DNA of 64,000 bases. Source: an uncultured Gemmatimonadaceae bacterium. Its GTDB lineage: Bacteria; Gemmatimonadota; Gemmatimonadetes; Gemmatimonadales; Gemmatimonadaceae. Below are positions 40,312 to 50,927 of the stretch, in pieces (the stretch's first letter is position 1; every line of letters starts with the position of its first letter). The stretch lies in the NCBI GenBank assembly GCA_963781585.1, contig CAWAGQ010000011.1, positions 32,001-96,000 on the forward strand. Direction: 5' to 3'. The notes beneath the pieces are model-generated. The model made no database searches, was not told the origin of the DNA, and saw nothing but the letters and a program-made list of their open reading frames with translations. The translations under genes and the position numbers were made by a program.

Positions 40312-41441
40312 GGCGTCGCCTGCTCGTGATGCTGCAGCACGATGTCGAGCATGTCGTAGACGTTGTCGATCTTGGAGCCCATCACGCAGTGGAGGCCTGG
40401 AAGCTCGGCGACCTCATGCACCAGAATGGGACGACTGTCGTCCCCCTCGCTTCGCGGCAGCACCGTCTTCACTTCCCAGAGCGACTCAACGTAGCTCGCG
40501 CGGGCCAGCAGCGGAACATAACGAGCGGCATCCCGGCGCATCTCGTCGAACCGGGTGCGCCGCGCCGCGGACTCCCGGATCTGCGCCGAGTCGAGGTAGG
40601 GACTCCCATCGGCGTCGCGCCATTCCCGGTGCGGCGTGTAACGCACGTGGCTCAGCGAGTGGAGCCCGCGCGGCGGGAAGGGCATGCACGAAAAGAACGG
40701 TCCGCACATGACGGTGATGCCGATTGCCGCGAGTTCCTCCGGCGGACGCACCAGCGCCAGCTCGGTGAGTTCGTGGGTCAGCGGGAGCGGCGCCGCGCCC
40801 GACTGGATCAGCAGCCGGTTGAGACGGGAGTACGTGCAGTTGTAGACGACGTCCGCGTTCAGCGCACCGCCATGCTCTCCTTCGAGCGAAACCTGCAGGC
40901 CGCCGCCGACAAGCGGCGACACGCGCTCGGCCGTCGTGTTGCAGAGAACACTGACGCCCGCACTCGCCAGGCGCTCCTCCATGCGCGCGCGGAGCCGGCC
41001 GGCGTCGAACGCCGGCTCATCCACCTCGAACACCGCCTCGATCGCCGATTGATCCACCAGCGCACAGGCGTCCGGCGCCGCGGGCCGGATCGGGGCGCCG
41101 ATGGCGTCGGCGAACCGGCGGAACTGCGCCGCGCTCACGCTGGAGCGCCGTCGCGCGATCGCATAGAGCTTGGTGAATCCCGCATCGATGCAGTCCGCGA
41201 ATTCGCGGATGAACCGCGGTGCGTTGGCCCGCGAACGACGCGCGGTCAGTACGCTGCGCGGGTAATGATAGCCGCCGTGCACACGGGCCTGGTTGTTGTA
41301 CGAGGCGTGCGAGAGCAGCTCCGGCGAGGCCTCCACCAGCACCACCTGGCCGCGTATCCGGGCGCTGAGTTCCGCCGCCAGCATCGCGCCGTAGAATCCG
41401 CCGCCGATGACCAACACATCCGCGTCCTTCGCCTTCGGCAT
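40308..41441 (-). CDS. FAD-dependent oxidoreductase (DAO/LhgO-like)
   Basis: IGGGFYG, ASYNNQARVHGGYHYPRS, GPFFS.MPF, C-terminal GSKIDNVYD. Confidence 0.88.
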   Translation of the reverse strand: MPKAKDADVLVIGGGFYGAMLAAELSARIRGQVVLVEASPELLSHASYNNQARVHGGYHYPRSVLTARRSRANAPRFIREFADCIDAGFTKLYAIARRRSSVSAAQFRRFADAIGAPIRPAAPDACALVDQSAIEAVFEVDEPAFDAGRLRARMEERLASAGVSVLCNTTAERVSPLVGGGLQVSLEGEHGGALNADVVYNCTYSRLNRLLIQSGAAPLPLTHELTELALVRPPEELAAIGITVMCGPFFSCMPFPPRGLHSLSHVRYTPHREWRDADGSPYLDSAQIRESAARRTRFDEMRRDAARYVPLLARASYVESLWEVKTVLPRSEGDDSRPILVHEVAELPGLHCVMGSKIDNVYDMLDIVLQHHEQATP

Positions 41442-41505
41442 TGCGCTCGAGGTTGGGTCGTGGAGGAAAAGTACAGGCCCCGAACTCGCGGGAGGTAGGG
41501 AGAAG

Positions 41506-41606
41506 CGCCGATCCAGCGCGGCGCCCACCGCCGATCCACGGCGGCGCCCACCGCCGATCCAGCGCGGCGCCCACCGCCGATCCAGCGCGGCGCCCACCGC
41601 CGATCC
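41506..41606. repeat. 23-bp tandem repeat (about 4.4 copies)
   Basis: CGCCGATCCAGCGCGGCGCCCAC at 41506, 41529 (variant), 41552 and 41575, plus a partial copy at 41598. No spacers. Confidence 0.95.
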
Positions 41607-41698
41607 TTAGATTCCCCGGCGGAGCGAAACGCCCATCGCAGGGACTTTCAAGCCGGGCCGGCTGTCACGGGATCCGGCAATGGAGCAGAACAGCCACC

Positions 41699-43705
41699 GT
41701 GGCGATTCCGGATTCGCGAACGTCGTTCCCTTCCGAATACCGGTTCCGGGTCACCGAATGGATGCTGGTGTCGGTGGCCCTTCTTGCGCTCGGTGTGACG
41801 CTCCCGGTCGTACCGCGACATTTCCCCACCGATCCGTCGGTGCTGAGCGTGGCCACGGTCGAGGGATTCAGCACGCCGGTCGCGTATCGACTCGCGCTGG
41901 TGTGGTGCCTGGCACTGATTGCCGCCGGCTGGCTGGTGGCGCGCCGCCGTCAGACGCTGGAGCGACAACATGGGATGTCGGCTGGGACGTCACCGGGCGT
42001 GACGACATCGGATCCGCGCCGGCGTCGCGGCCGAGGGGAGTGGGTCGAGCTCGCGGTCGTCGCCCTGTTGACGCTGGTGGCGTTCTGGCCGCCGTTTCTC
42101 GCCATCTCCGCGCCGTACGTGGAAGACAACAACTTCCTGGTGGCGCTGCAGCGGATGCACGCGGGCATGGTGCCGTATCGCGACTTCGAGTACCTGTACG
42201 GCCCGCTGATGCTCGTTCCCGCGTCCTGGTGGATGCACCTGGCGGGCTTCGCGGGCCGCCACTACTACGAATGGCTGGCCGCGCTCGAGGTGCTGGTCGC
42301 GGTGACGGTCGTCCTGCTGGCGCAGCGCTACATCCGCGACCGGGGCACGCGCCTGGTCGCCATCGCCATCCTGCTGGCGTTGCTCGCCAATCCGCTGCTC
42401 GGACTCAACTACAACGGCATCCGCCGGCTGCTTCCCATCGGCGCGCTGCTGCTCCTGAGTCATGGCTTCGATGACACGCGGCGCCGGCTGGGGGCAGCCG
42501 CGCTGATCGGTCTCTCCATCGCATGGTCGCATGAGCAGGGGCTGGCCGCGCTCGTGGCCGCGGGGGCCATCTTCGCCCTCGCGCTGCGCGATCGCGTCGG
42601 GCCGGATCGCGGCCGAGTAATCGCCCACGGCCTCGTCTTCCTCGCTGTCGCGCTCGGCGTGTGGCTGGTGAGCGCGCTGGCCACCCTTGGGCCCGCATTC
42701 GGCGCTTACGTGGGCGAGGTGCGCACCCTGATGGCACGCTTCTCGGCCGGCGAGGCCGGCTTTCCGTTCCGATGGACGCTCAACGCCGCGGCGGTGTTCG
42801 CCCTGGTCGCGCTGGGCGCGGTATGCGTGGGGCGCGGCCTTGCGTGGCGCGCCGAACCCTCGGCCGGCGACCGGTTCGCGTTAGGCGCTCTGGTGGTGGC
42901 GATCGTGTCGCTCAAGAGCGGGCTCACCCGCGCCGACATGTTCCATCTCGACGCGGGATTGCTCGGACTGGCGATGGTCTTCCTCCTCCCCATGCGCGCC
43001 CCGCGACTGGGACCTCCTCCGCTTGTACGCCGCGTGGGGCGGGCGGCGGTGGCGGTGGCCGCCGCGACCTATGCCTTCGGGATGCTTCCCACGGTCAAGG
43101 CCGTGGCCGATGGATGGATCGCCGGCGCGCGCGCCACGCTCTCCGGCACACCCCTACTTCATCTCGCTTTCGTCCCGACAGCGCCCGCGCTGATGCGCGA
43201 GCGCGTCGCCCAGGATTCGGCCACCATGGCCGTCGCCACCTGGCTCGCCGACCCGATCCGCCGCAATCGCCCCGTCCTGTTCGCCGGTCGCCTCTGGAGC
43301 GTGGGGCTCACGGTGGGGGTGTACAAGCGTGATTTCCTCAACGACAAGTTCATCTACGGCGACGAACGCGCGGCGCGGGAGCGAAAATTTCTGGAAGCCA
43401 ACCACGACGTCCTGGTGGTCATCGAACGTGACCTGTACGATCGCATCCGCGCCGATCGCCCCGACACGGCGTTCGCCACCTGGGATGACGAACGGTCGAA
43501 CACCCTCGTGAAACGACTGGCGCAGCGGCTGTCGTCGGTGCATTTCGACGACGTGCTCGTCGAGGACCACATATTCGACCTGAAATGGCAGCGTGCGCTG
43601 GGTGACGACCTGCGCGCGCAATTCGACTCGGTGTGGGGCGTCGATCCGGTGGTCGTACTGCAGCGCCGCTCTCTCCCCACCGGTTCAGCTGCTACGGTTC
43701 CATGA
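41699..43705 (+). CDS. Polytopic membrane protein, putative GT-C glycosyltransferase
   Basis: More than ten TM helices, acidic loop VEDN..PYRDFEYLYGPL, RAD.FHL, soluble C-terminal domain. Start is GTG 41699 or ATG 41762. Confidence 0.68.
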   Translation: MAIPDSRTSFPSEYRFRVTEWMLVSVALLALGVTLPVVPRHFPTDPSVLSVATVEGFSTPVAYRLALVWCLALIAAGWLVARRRQTLERQHGMSAGTSPGVTTSDPRRRRGRGEWVELAVVALLTLVAFWPPFLAISAPYVEDNNFLVALQRMHAGMVPYRDFEYLYGPLMLVPASWWMHLAGFAGRHYYEWLAALEVLVAVTVVLLAQRYIRDRGTRLVAIAILLALLANPLLGLNYNGIRRLLPIGALLLLSHGFDDTRRRLGAAALIGLSIAWSHEQGLAALVAAGAIFALALRDRVGPDRGRVIAHGLVFLAVALGVWLVSALATLGPAFGAYVGEVRTLMARFSAGEAGFPFRWTLNAAAVFALVALGAVCVGRGLAWRAEPSAGDRFALGALVVAIVSLKSGLTRADMFHLDAGLLGLAMVFLLPMRAPRLGPPPLVRRVGRAAVAVAAATYAFGMLPTVKAVADGWIAGARATLSGTPLLHLAFVPTAPALMRERVAQDSATMAVATWLADPIRRNRPVLFAGRLWSVGLTVGVYKRDFLNDKFIYGDERAARERKFLEANHDVLVVIERDLYDRIRADRPDTAFATWDDERSNTLVKRLAQRLSSVHFDDVLVEDHIFDLKWQRALGDDLRAQFDSVWGVDPVVVLQRRSLPTGSAATVP

Positions 43706-43735
43706 ACGCCCGGCGCGCAGGGATGGCCGCGAGCG

Positions 43736-43760
43736 CACCCCGCGAGAATGCGCGGGGGTG
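43736..43760. terminator. Hairpin between convergent genes
   Basis: caccccgcg-agaatg-cgcgggggtg. Confidence 0.5.
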
Positions 43761-43766
43761 GTACCG

Positions 43767-44747
43767 CTAGGACGTCGTCGCGCCGGAGCGTGTCCGCGCG
43801 TCGGCCAGCACGTCGTCGATGATCTGCTGCAGCGACGTGCGCGGCCGGAAGCCGATCAGTTTCTCCAGCTTGCTCACATCAGGTTTCCGCCGCGGCATGT
43901 CCTCGAACCCCTCCGCATACGCCTCGTCGTAGGGAACGTGCACAATCGGCGAGGTGCTCCCGGCCGCGGTGCGCACCCGTTCCGCCAGATCGTTGATGCT
44001 CACCTCTTCGTCGGCGCCGATATTGAACACCTGACCGGCCGCCTTCGGCTCGGCGATGAGTCGGACCACCGCCTCCACCGCGTCGCGCACGTGGCCAAAG
44101 CAGCGGGTCTGCTCGCCCGAGCCGAACACGGTGATCGGTTCGTTCGCCACCGCCTGCGCCGCGAAGCGCGGCAGTACCATGCCGTAGCGGCCGGTCTGGC
44201 GAGGGCCCACCGTGTTGAAGAATCGGGCGATCACGACAGGCAGGTGCTTCTCGCGCGCGTACGCCAGCGCCAGCCACTCGTCGAGTGCCTTCGAGCACGC
44301 GTAGGCCCAGCGGGAGTGATGGGTCGGACCCAGCACCAGGTCGGCGGTCTCACGGAACGGCGTGTCGGTGCTCTTGCCATAGACTTCCGACGTGGATGCG
44401 ATAAGGACCGTCTTGCCCTTGCGCGCCACCGCATTCAGGACCACCTCGGTCCCATGCACGTTGGTCTCGATCGTGTGTACCGGCTGCTCCACGATCAGCC
44501 GCACGCCCACCGCGGCCGCCAGGTGCACCGTCACGTCGCAGCGGTCCACCAGCTCGCTCACCAGCGGCCCGTCCATCACCGAGCCGATGCGATACTCGAA
44601 TCCCGGATTCCCGATGAGGTGCTCGATGTTGGACATCGACCCCGTCGACAGGTCATCGAGCACCAGCACACGCGCCGAGCCGCTCAGCAGCCGTTCGGCC
44701 AGATGCGAACCGATGAAGCCGGCGCCGCCCGTAATCAGCACCTTCAT
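43767..44747 (-). CDS. NDP-sugar epimerase/dehydratase (UDP-glucuronate decarboxylase/GalE-like extended SDR)
   Basis: ITGGAGFIGSHL, HLAAAVG, STSEVYG, YACSK, RFFNTVGPRQ. Confidence 0.92.
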   Translation of the reverse strand: MKVLITGGAGFIGSHLAERLLSGSARVLVLDDLSTGSMSNIEHLIGNPGFEYRIGSVMDGPLVSELVDRCDVTVHLAAAVGVRLIVEQPVHTIETNVHGTEVVLNAVARKGKTVLIASTSEVYGKSTDTPFRETADLVLGPTHHSRWAYACSKALDEWLALAYAREKHLPVVIARFFNTVGPRQTGRYGMVLPRFAAQAVANEPITVFGSGEQTRCFGHVRDAVEAVVRLIAEPKAAGQVFNIGADEEVSINDLAERVRTAAGSTSPIVHVPYDEAYAEGFEDMPRRKPDVSKLEKLIGFRPRTSLQQIIDDVLADARTRSGATTS

Positions 44748-46026
44748 GCGGCACCCTCCATGGTCAAGGCCTCCACGACTCGCGTGTGTCCGCTGCGCTC
44801 CGCCGCACTCCGCATGACCTCCAGGTAGCGTGGCACCACGGCATCCTCCGTCCAGTATTGCTCGAACCCCTGTCGTGCCTTCTGGCTCAGCGTCGAACGC
44901 AGCGCCGCATCGCCCTGCAACCGGGCTATCGCGGCCAGCAATTCGTCCGGTCCACTGAACAGCAGACCCGCTCCCGCCGTGTTGACGATCTCCGGAAACG
45001 GTCCGATACGTCGGGCGATCACTGGCGTTCCCTCCCGGAAGGCCTCGATCAGGATAATGCCGAACGTCTCGTACCCGCTGGACGGGACGATCAATGCGAC
45101 CGCCTGCTCGTAGAGGACCTTCTGAGCTCCGCCCACGGAACGCGACCGAGAAAATGGATGTTGGGTGCGCCGTCCGCGAGCCGGCGAAGGGCTTCACCAT
45201 GCTCGCCATCTCCCGCGATGACCAGATCCGCCTCGGGATATCGACGGAATACCGGGATCACATCGTCGAGTCCCTTGATCCGTTCCAGCCTGCCGACGAA
45301 GAGGAAGTAGGGACGCTCACGCCTTCCCGCGCCGCCACCGCCGTCGAGAGTCGGCCCGGTCGCTGCCTCGGCTTCGCGAGGCAGGAAGTAGGGGACGACT
45401 TCCATCTCACGCGTGAATCCGAACTCGCGATGCTTCTCGCGACTGAATTCGCTCTTCGCGATGAAGGCATGCACGTGCGCGAGATTCCGCTGGAGCAGTC
45501 CCGTGTATCGCCAGAGCTGCGGCGGGCGCCGGAAGTGCAGCGCGCAGCGCACGCATTCGCGTCCCGTGCAGGGCTCGCGGTTGTGTCTCCACAGCACGTG
45601 CATCGGGCAGACCAGCCAATGCTCGTGCGCTTCGTACAGACACACTCCCCGCCCATACGCCAGCAGCGCCGGCCCGCCCACCAGCGAGATGTTGTGGAAG
45701 AACGTGACGTCGAACCGGCCTTCGTCGACGATGCTGTCGAATGCGTCGCTGATTCAGGAGGGGCCGACCGAGCTGCTGGGTGGCGAGCGGTGAGAGCACG
45801 CCGAGTCCACTGCGGAGTCGGAAGACGCGCACGTTGTCGGACTCCGGCGTTTCCGCCGGTTGCGGGCCATGGTGCAGCGCGTTGTACGCATCCATGTCGT
45901 GAACGACCGTGACTGGTGTCCACGCCGTCCGAGCGCATGCGCCAGTCGCTGGATCGCAATGCCGTCGCCGCCGAAGTTGTTCGGCGGATAGAACGTGGTG
46001 AACATGCAGATACGCAGTGCGCTCAT
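44744..46026 (-). CDS. GT4 glycosyltransferase (several frameshifts)
   Basis: N-terminus ICMFTTFYPP.NFGGDG, middle HEHWLVCP and FVGRLERIKG, C-terminus ETFGIILIEA. The pieces are spread over four ORFs. Confidence 0.82.
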
Positions 46027-46413
46027 GAGGCTCGTTGGAGGCCCGGGGGCCGCCGATCCGCGGAACCATAGCAATGCGGGTGCAATCATCGGACCGGTGG
46101 CGGCATCAGGCAATGCGAATGAACCTGTGCGACCGCGCTCCGGTCGCAAGGGCTCTCGCATGCCTGGCATCTGAGGTGTCCCAGAGGGTTAGGCTGCCGC
46201 ATCAGCCCGGCGGCGACCGGCCCCGTCCTCCTCAGACGCCGAAATGGCGCGCCCGTTTCGCCGCGGAGGGCGCCCGGGGGCCGCAATTCTTGCCAACACC
46301 CGGAATGAAGGTCAGACTCGAATTTCGCGAACGGGCCAGACGAATTTTGGGGGCTGGTCCCGCCCGCGAACGATCCTCAGCCGGAAATGACACGACTTGC
46401 ACGGAGTACTTCA

Positions 46414-47439
46414 ATGCGCCGCATGCTGCTTCTGCTCTCGACCTGCTTTGCCTCGACAGCGTTCGCCCAATCGTCGGCGACCTATCACGTCGCGCGCACC
46501 TTCCCGGTTGGCGGTGACGGCAGCTGGGATTACGTGATTCCCGATGCGCCTAACCATCGTGTGTTCATCGGACGCCAGAATCGCGTGATAGTGGTGGACG
46601 AGAACGATGGCAAGCTCCTGGGCGAGGTCACCGGGATCAACGGCGCGCACGGGGTGGCGATCGCGGCCGGGAGCGGCCACGGATTCGCAACGTCGGGGAA
46701 CGACAGCGCGGTGGTGATGTTCGACCTCAGGACCTTCAAGGCGCTCGGCCGCATCCCGGCGGCCGAGGATGCCGACGCCATCATCTTCGATCCCGTATCG
46801 AACCGCGTGTTCACGTTCAACGGTGACGCACACTCGTCTACGGTGATCGATCCTGTCGCTGGCAAGTTGATCACCAACATTCCACTAGGCGGCAAGCCGG
46901 AGTACGGACAACCGGCCGGCGACGGCATGGTGTACGCGAATCTCACCGACACGAGCGAAGTGGTGGAGATCGACGCGAAGAATCTGCGGGTGACGCGCCG
47001 CTGGTCCACGGCGCCCTGCCGCCAGCCGGTGTCGATGGGCATCGATGTGAAGAACCATCGCTTGTTCAGCGGATGCCGGAGTGGCGTGATGGCCATCTCC
47101 GACTACCAGGCGGGCAAGGTGATCACGACGCTGCCCATCGGCGCCGGCGTCGATGGTGCGGCCTACGATCCGGCGACCGGCGATGCGTTCGCGTCGAATG
47201 CCGACGGCACGCTGACCGTGGTTCACCAGGACTCGCCTGACGCGTATCACGTGGTCGAGACGGTCCAGACGGCGCAGGGATCACGGAACCTGGGGCTCGA
47301 TCCGGCCACGCACCGGCTGTACCTGCCTGGCGCGAAGTTCGGCCCAGCTCCGGCTCAGGCCACGGCTGGGAATCCGCGGCGCCGCGCGCCGATGGTGCCG
47401 GGGTCGTTCGTGCTGATGGTGGTGGAGCGGTCGCGCTGA
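46414..47439 (+). CDS. YncE-family exported beta-propeller protein
   Basis: Signal peptide ending AFA-Q, GGDGSWDY, AHGVA, repeated D.A.YDP blades. Confidence 0.85.
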   Translation: MRRMLLLLSTCFASTAFAQSSATYHVARTFPVGGDGSWDYVIPDAPNHRVFIGRQNRVIVVDENDGKLLGEVTGINGAHGVAIAAGSGHGFATSGNDSAVVMFDLRTFKALGRIPAAEDADAIIFDPVSNRVFTFNGDAHSSTVIDPVAGKLITNIPLGGKPEYGQPAGDGMVYANLTDTSEVVEIDAKNLRVTRRWSTAPCRQPVSMGIDVKNHRLFSGCRSGVMAISDYQAGKVITTLPIGAGVDGAAYDPATGDAFASNADGTLTVVHQDSPDAYHVVETVQTAQGSRNLGLDPATHRLYLPGAKFGPAPAQATAGNPRRRAPMVPGSFVLMVVERSR

Positions 47440-47634
47440 GCCGGAGGGTGGAATAAGGGGATACCTCTTCTCGGGCCCCCAGCCCTGGTCGTCGTGTGAA
47501 CTCTTCGACGGATGTGCTTGCTCGTTGCCTGCGCGGCGGTCAATACTCGCCGGAGCGGAGGCATCACCCATGTCCGCGATCAGCCACGCATCAACGGCGC
47601 AGGTACTCCACCGTCGCTCCGGGAGCGCATCCCG

Positions 47635-47841
47635 ATGATGGTCATCGCCCGCAGTCCCCTGACCCCTGCGGGGCGGGCGGTGGCTGTGTTCCTCGGCGTG
47701 GTCTGCGTTGCCGCAGGAGGCTTCGGTCTCGGGCTCGGTGTGGCGCGCCACAGCCTGCTGCTCGCGGTGCCCGGTGTCGGCGTACTGGCGATCGGCGTGC
47801 TCTACGCGGGTGCGGCATGGCGCGGGCGTCCCTGGCGCTGA
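47635..47841 (+). CDS. Small two-TM membrane protein
   Basis: Two hydrophobic segments. Start is uncertain. Confidence 0.45.
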   Translation: MMVIARSPLTPAGRAVAVFLGVVCVAAGGFGLGLGVARHSLLLAVPGVGVLAIGVLYAGAAWRGRPWR

Positions 47842-47940
47842 GGCGGGGCGTGGTGGGGAGACCACGGTGCTCCCGTCTCGACATGAACCCGGGCCAGGAC
47901 CGGACTGGCGCGTCCGTCCGTCCGGTGCGAAGCTCACAGG

Positions 47941-49171
47941 ATGCCACACCGGCTCGAGCCCGTGCGCTCGCACCCCGGGCACGTTAGGCAGCTCATCACC
48001 AAAGCTGGGACCGCCTGCGCGCGCGCCGGATTGATCCTCCTTCTCCTGGCAACCGCCCACCACGCGGATGCCCAGGGACAACCGCGCAACGCGCCGCCAA
48101 TGCTTCGCCCCATCGACAGCGTGCGCATCGCCGAGAACGATACCCTGTTGCTGGCGCGCCCCAACCGGATCGTCGTCGGCCCGCAGGGCCACTACTTCAT
48201 CTCCGACGGCGGCGAGGCGCGGGTGCTCGAGATCGCACCGTCGGGCGCCATCGTGCGAACCTTCGGGCGCCGCGGACACGGCCCAGGCGAATTCGAGGTA
48301 CCGGGGTTTCTCGCCCTCGGCGGCGACTCGTTGCTGGCGGTGATGGAAGTCGGGCCAGCGACGCGTGATCGAATTCGACCTGCGCACCGGGACATACAAG
48401 GGGAGCTACTCGCTGATCGGCTGGAGCCCCAGCTTTCGCGTGCGCGGACCCAGGATGCTCGCCGGGGTGCTCGAGCCGGACTCGGGGACAGCGCTGGTCG
48501 TGCTGTCGGCGACCGGCGATCGCGTGGGCGCCGAGGGCGTCATCCCCGCGATCGTGCGGACGCATCCCATGCTGCTGGGGGGCTTCGGCGCCGTCACGTT
48601 CACCGAGACGGACCAGGACGTGTATGCGGTCTTCGAGGTGTCGCAGTCGCTGTACCACTGGAAGCGCGGTGCACGAGACGGCGAAGAGATCCCGATCCCC
48701 GCGGTACGGCGAAAGGGCGTGCGCCAATCGCTCTTCGAGGAGCTGCTGCGCGACCCATCCAGGGCGCCGTCACTGGCCTTCGACCGATCGCTTCCGGTGC
48801 TGCTCTCCGTGATGGCGCCGCACGTGCTCGTCCTGGGCACGATGGACGGCGAGTTCGACGGGAAGACCTTCGTCGGCACCTATTCGGTGACGGTGATCGA
48901 TCTCGAGCACCGGCGGGTGTGTCCCGATCTGGAAGTGCCGGCGCCGCGCGATCCGCTCCCGCGCATCGCCGTCCAGGGCGACACGGTCGCGGTGGTGCAG
49001 CAGGGAGTAGATTCATCGGGCCAGCAGGTTGCAGCCATCCGGCGGTTCCGGATCCGCACCGACGGGTGCGACTGGAAGCCGCTTCCGCCGGCGCAGCCCG
49101 TCAGGGCGGACTTCACCACCGTTGCCGGAGACGAGAGAACGCTTTCGGCCTGGGTTCGGGCTACCCGGTAG
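47941..49171 (+). CDS. Exported six-bladed beta-propeller protein, frameshift near 48360
   Basis: Signal-like LILLLLATAHHADAQ and FGRRGHGPGEFEVP. It continues in 48365-49171. Confidence 0.65.
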
Positions 49172-49229
49172 ACACGAGGCAGCGATCGAACCCTCCGTGC
49201 GCACCATACCCAGCGATCGCACGCGCACG

Positions 49230-49487
49230 ATGCGCGCGCTGCTCGCCGCCTTCGTCACCGGTGCGGCGGTCTATCTGCTGGTCGCCCGTGCCGCGCTCCC
49301 GTACGTGTCCACGCACCTGACGGGGGACCAGATCCAGTGGCTGCGCGACGCGCTCACCCACCACCCCGTTCTGGTGATGGTCACCGTGGTGCTGATCAGC
49401 ATGGTGCTGGCGTTCCCGGTGCTCGCGGTGTTCATGTGGATCTACGGCCCGCTGCGCCGGACCGATGGTGCAGACGCCGGAGACTGA
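49230..49487 (+). CDS. Small membrane protein
   Basis: MRALLAAFVTGAAVYLLV and a second long hydrophobic helix. Confidence 0.55.
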   Translation: MRALLAAFVTGAAVYLLVARAALPYVSTHLTGDQIQWLRDALTHHPVLVMVTVVLISMVLAFPVLAVFMWIYGPLRRTDGADAGD

Positions 49488-49547
49488 TGCTGAGTCATCC
49501 GCCAGCCGGCGGCGGCCAGATGGAAACCGCCCCGGTCGGTCCCGCCG

Positions 49548-50927
49548 TCAGATCGCCCCGACGCGCCAGAGGACATACACCATCGCCATCGCCGTCACGC
49601 CGTTCACCAGCGTCACTCCGCCGTACGAGAAGAGCGCCGACCGCAAGGGCATCCGCGACAGCGACGTGCACACCCAGAAGTAGCTCGAGTTCACGTATTT
49701 CACGATGATCGACCCGGCGGCGCCGGCCAGCATCGTCGCCTCGGGACTCAGACCTAACGTGGGCATCATCGGTGCCGCGATCGACGCGGCGGTGATCACC
49801 CCCACGGTCGTCGAGCCGGTGATCATGTTCCCCACCACGCCCAGCACGAACGGCAGGAAGATCGCCGGCAGACCGGTGGACGCCATACCGCGCGCGATTG
49901 CGTCCACCGCGGGGGTTTCCCGCAGAATCTGACTCAGTGAGCCGCCCAGCCCGGTGACCATGATGATCATCGCCGAGGTGCGCAGCGCGTTCTCCACCCA
50001 CTCGCCGGTGCGGAGCTCCGCCTGCGCGCGATGCGTATTGCGGTACGCGAGCAGCACGCCGATCGACAGCGCCACCACCGGCCAGCCGAGGTAAAGCATC
50101 GCGCGGTTCACGAGGTGGCCGGGCGGCAGCGCGAAGGCCGCCACGCTCTGGCCCGCGATGAGCGCGAGCGGAATCAGAATGGGGGCATAGGCCCGCCAGG
50201 TCGTCGGCAGGTCGGCCTCGCGCCCGCGTTCCACGAACGACTGGCCGACGAACTCCGGCGACGGTGGCGAGGGCAGTCGCGGTCCAACGACAAGCGCGTA
50301 CGCCCAACCCGCCAGCGCTGACACGAACGTGATCAGGGAGCCATACAGAATCACCCGTCCGATGTCCGCGTGCACGAGCGCGACGGCGGCGAGCGGACCC
50401 GGTGTGGGCGGCACCATCGCGTGCGTGAGCTGCATGGCGCCCACGAGACCGGTGGCCATGACGCTCATGTTCACACCCGTGCCGATCGCCGCCGAGTGCA
50501 CCAGCGGATTCAGGATCACGTATCCGACGTCGGAGAAAATTGCGATGCCGATCACGTAGCCCGACAGCGTCAGCGCGAGCGGCATGTGCCTGGGCCCCAC
50601 CAGCTGGATCATCGACCGCGTTATGCGTTCGATTCCTCCCGTGTGCTTGAGCGCCTCGGCCAGCACCGAGCCCAGGACGATCACCACCGCGATGCTCTGC
50701 ACGGTCTTGCCGAAACCGGTTTCGAAGGCATCGATGAACGTCCGGCGGTCGATGCCGGGAATGAGGGCGAAGAGCAGGATGGGCGCGAGCAGCCCGAGGA
50801 AGACGTGCCAGCGCCACCGCGTGATCGCGAGAAAGAGGAACGCGATGATGCCGATCAGGCCGGCGACGGCCACCAGCGTGCTGTCGGTGATCTGCGGAGC
50901 CATGATCAGCGGCGCCGGGTGGGTCAC
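49548..50927 (-). CDS. GntP family permease
   Basis: FETGFGKT, IAIFSDVGYVILNP, HAMVPPTPGP, GSTTVG, VNSSYFW. GTGA-coupled to the crotonase gene. Confidence 0.9.
   Translation of the reverse strand: MTHPAPLIMAPQITDSTLVAVAGLIGIIAFLFLAITRWRWHVFLGLLAPILLFALIPGIDRRTFIDAFETGFGKTVQSIAVVIVLGSVLAEALKHTGGIERITRSMIQLVGPRHMPLALTLSGYVIGIAIFSDVGYVILNPLVHSAAIGTGVNMSVMATGLVGAMQLTHAMVPPTPGPLAAVALVHADIGRVILYGSLITFVSALAGWAYALVVGPRLPSPPSPEFVGQSFVERGREADLPTTWRAYAPILIPLALIAGQSVAAFALPPGHLVNRAMLYLGWPVVALSIGVLLAYRNTHRAQAELRTGEWVENALRTSAMIIMVTGLGGSLSQILRETPAVDAIARGMASTGLPAIFLPFVLGVVGNMITGSTTVGVITAASIAAPMMPTLGLSPEATMLAGAAGSIIVKYVNSSYFWVCTSLSRMPLRSALFSYGGVTLVNGVTAMAMVYVLWRVGAI

Noticed and set aside
41506..41606. 23-bp repeat as a CRISPR array
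   Set aside because: The units are directly adjacent with no unique spacers, and there are no cas genes in the window.
41442..41698. Repetitive N-terminal extensions on the FAD oxidoreductase and the GT-C-like ORF
   Set aside because: These are read-through of the intergenic tandem repeat, not protein domains.
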